A stretch of 64,000 nt of DNA from contig OZ024741.1 in assembly GCA_964016885.1 (NCBI GenBank), forward strand, positions 55,924,001-55,988,000, written 5' to 3'. The position numbers were made by a program, and so were the translations under genes. The notes below the pieces were generated by a model, which had not been told where the DNA came from, made no database searches, and saw only the letters and a list, made by a program, of their open reading frames with translations. Origin of the DNA: Eledone cirrhosa. Lineage: Eukaryota. Positions 63,064 through 64,000 of this stretch are shown here, one piece after another; position 1 is the stretch's first letter, and each line of letters opens with the position of its first letter.

Positions 63064-64000
63064 ATACCTGGGTGACAAAATCAGCAGTGGGGGAGGGTGC
63101 TCTGAAAGTACAGTAGCTAGAGTCGGAACTGGATGGAAAAAGTTCAGAGAGCTTATACCACTATTAGCCGCTAAAGGGTTCTCCCTAAAAATGAAAGGCA
63201 GGCTGTATGATGCCTGCATACGAACAGCAAGGTTGCATGGCAGTGAGACCTGGGCATTGTGTGCAGAGGATATACGCAGACTAGAGAGGAATGAAGCTTG
63301 CATGCTCCGCTGGATGTGTAATAGTAATATACGCGAACGGCAAAGCATAAACGAACTAAGGGAAAAATTAGAAATAAGAGGGATCAGATGTTGTTTACTT
63401 GAGAGAAGGCTACGTTGGTATGGTCACGTGATGCGCATGAAAGACGACAGCTGTATAAAAAAGTGCAGGGCAATAAAGACAGACGGTAGCCACGGAGTAG
63501 GCAGACCCAGAAAAACCTGGGACGACCTGATAAATTCCGACCTCACACACTTACACCTCTCCAAGACAATGTCACTGGACCGAGATCTTTGGCGGTACTC
63601 AGTAATAGAGAAGACCCACCTTACCTAAATACAAAGTAAAACCTACTACAGTCAGTAGGCATCTCTAACAAAATACACCCCCGTCCCACCACCCCCGTCC
63701 CATCCACACCGTCCCTTTCAATGTAAAGTTATGTTGGTGCCACAACATCCAGGCCGAAACAAATGAGATCGTGTTGGTGTCACGACAAAAAACACAGTCC
63801 ACGCTGTAATATGGCCGTGTAGGCAACACGGTAAAAACCTCCCAGTCCTACACTGTAAAAGTGGTTGGTGTTAGGAAGGGCATCCAGCTGTAGAAAACCC
63901 ACCAGACAGTCCTATGCGAGCAAGACAACCACTCTTGCCTCAAGTGGGAAAACTCCCGTCCAAACCCATGCAAGCGTGGAACATGGACGTTAAACGATGA
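63064..64000 (+). mobile_element. RTE family A, 5'-truncated
   Basis: ORF 63191-63628 and 3'UTR reaching the GAT tail at the window end. Confidence 0.9.

Overview
AT-rich, microsatellite-dense animal genomic DNA; the repeat content (RTE LINEs with (GAT)n tails, tRNA-headed CORE-type and Deu/Nin-type SINEs, Dong/R4-like LINEs, long (TA)n) suggests an octopus-like cephalopod, which is an inference. The only host gene I can identify is COASY (bifunctional CoA synthase) on the minus strand. Four coding exons (17903-17222, 15059-14845, 14104-13964, 4512-4383) join in frame with GT-AG boundaries, there is a probable non-coding first exon and ETS-type promoter near 25.3-25.55 kb, and the remaining exons lie off the left edge. 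The rest is nested transposons: two RTE families, Dong/R4, L1/Tx1, a CRE fragment, a Penelope-like element (PLE), a deleted Chapaev3, a mariner relic, Helitrons and MITEs. The most unusual signal is a set of short, mutually unrelated elements embedded in (TA)n tracts. They carry Penelope-type minimal hammerhead ribozyme motifs and/or are folded back as 110-120 bp inverted repeats, and several sit inside COASY introns. TE boundaries are approximate unless TIRs or TSDs are given.
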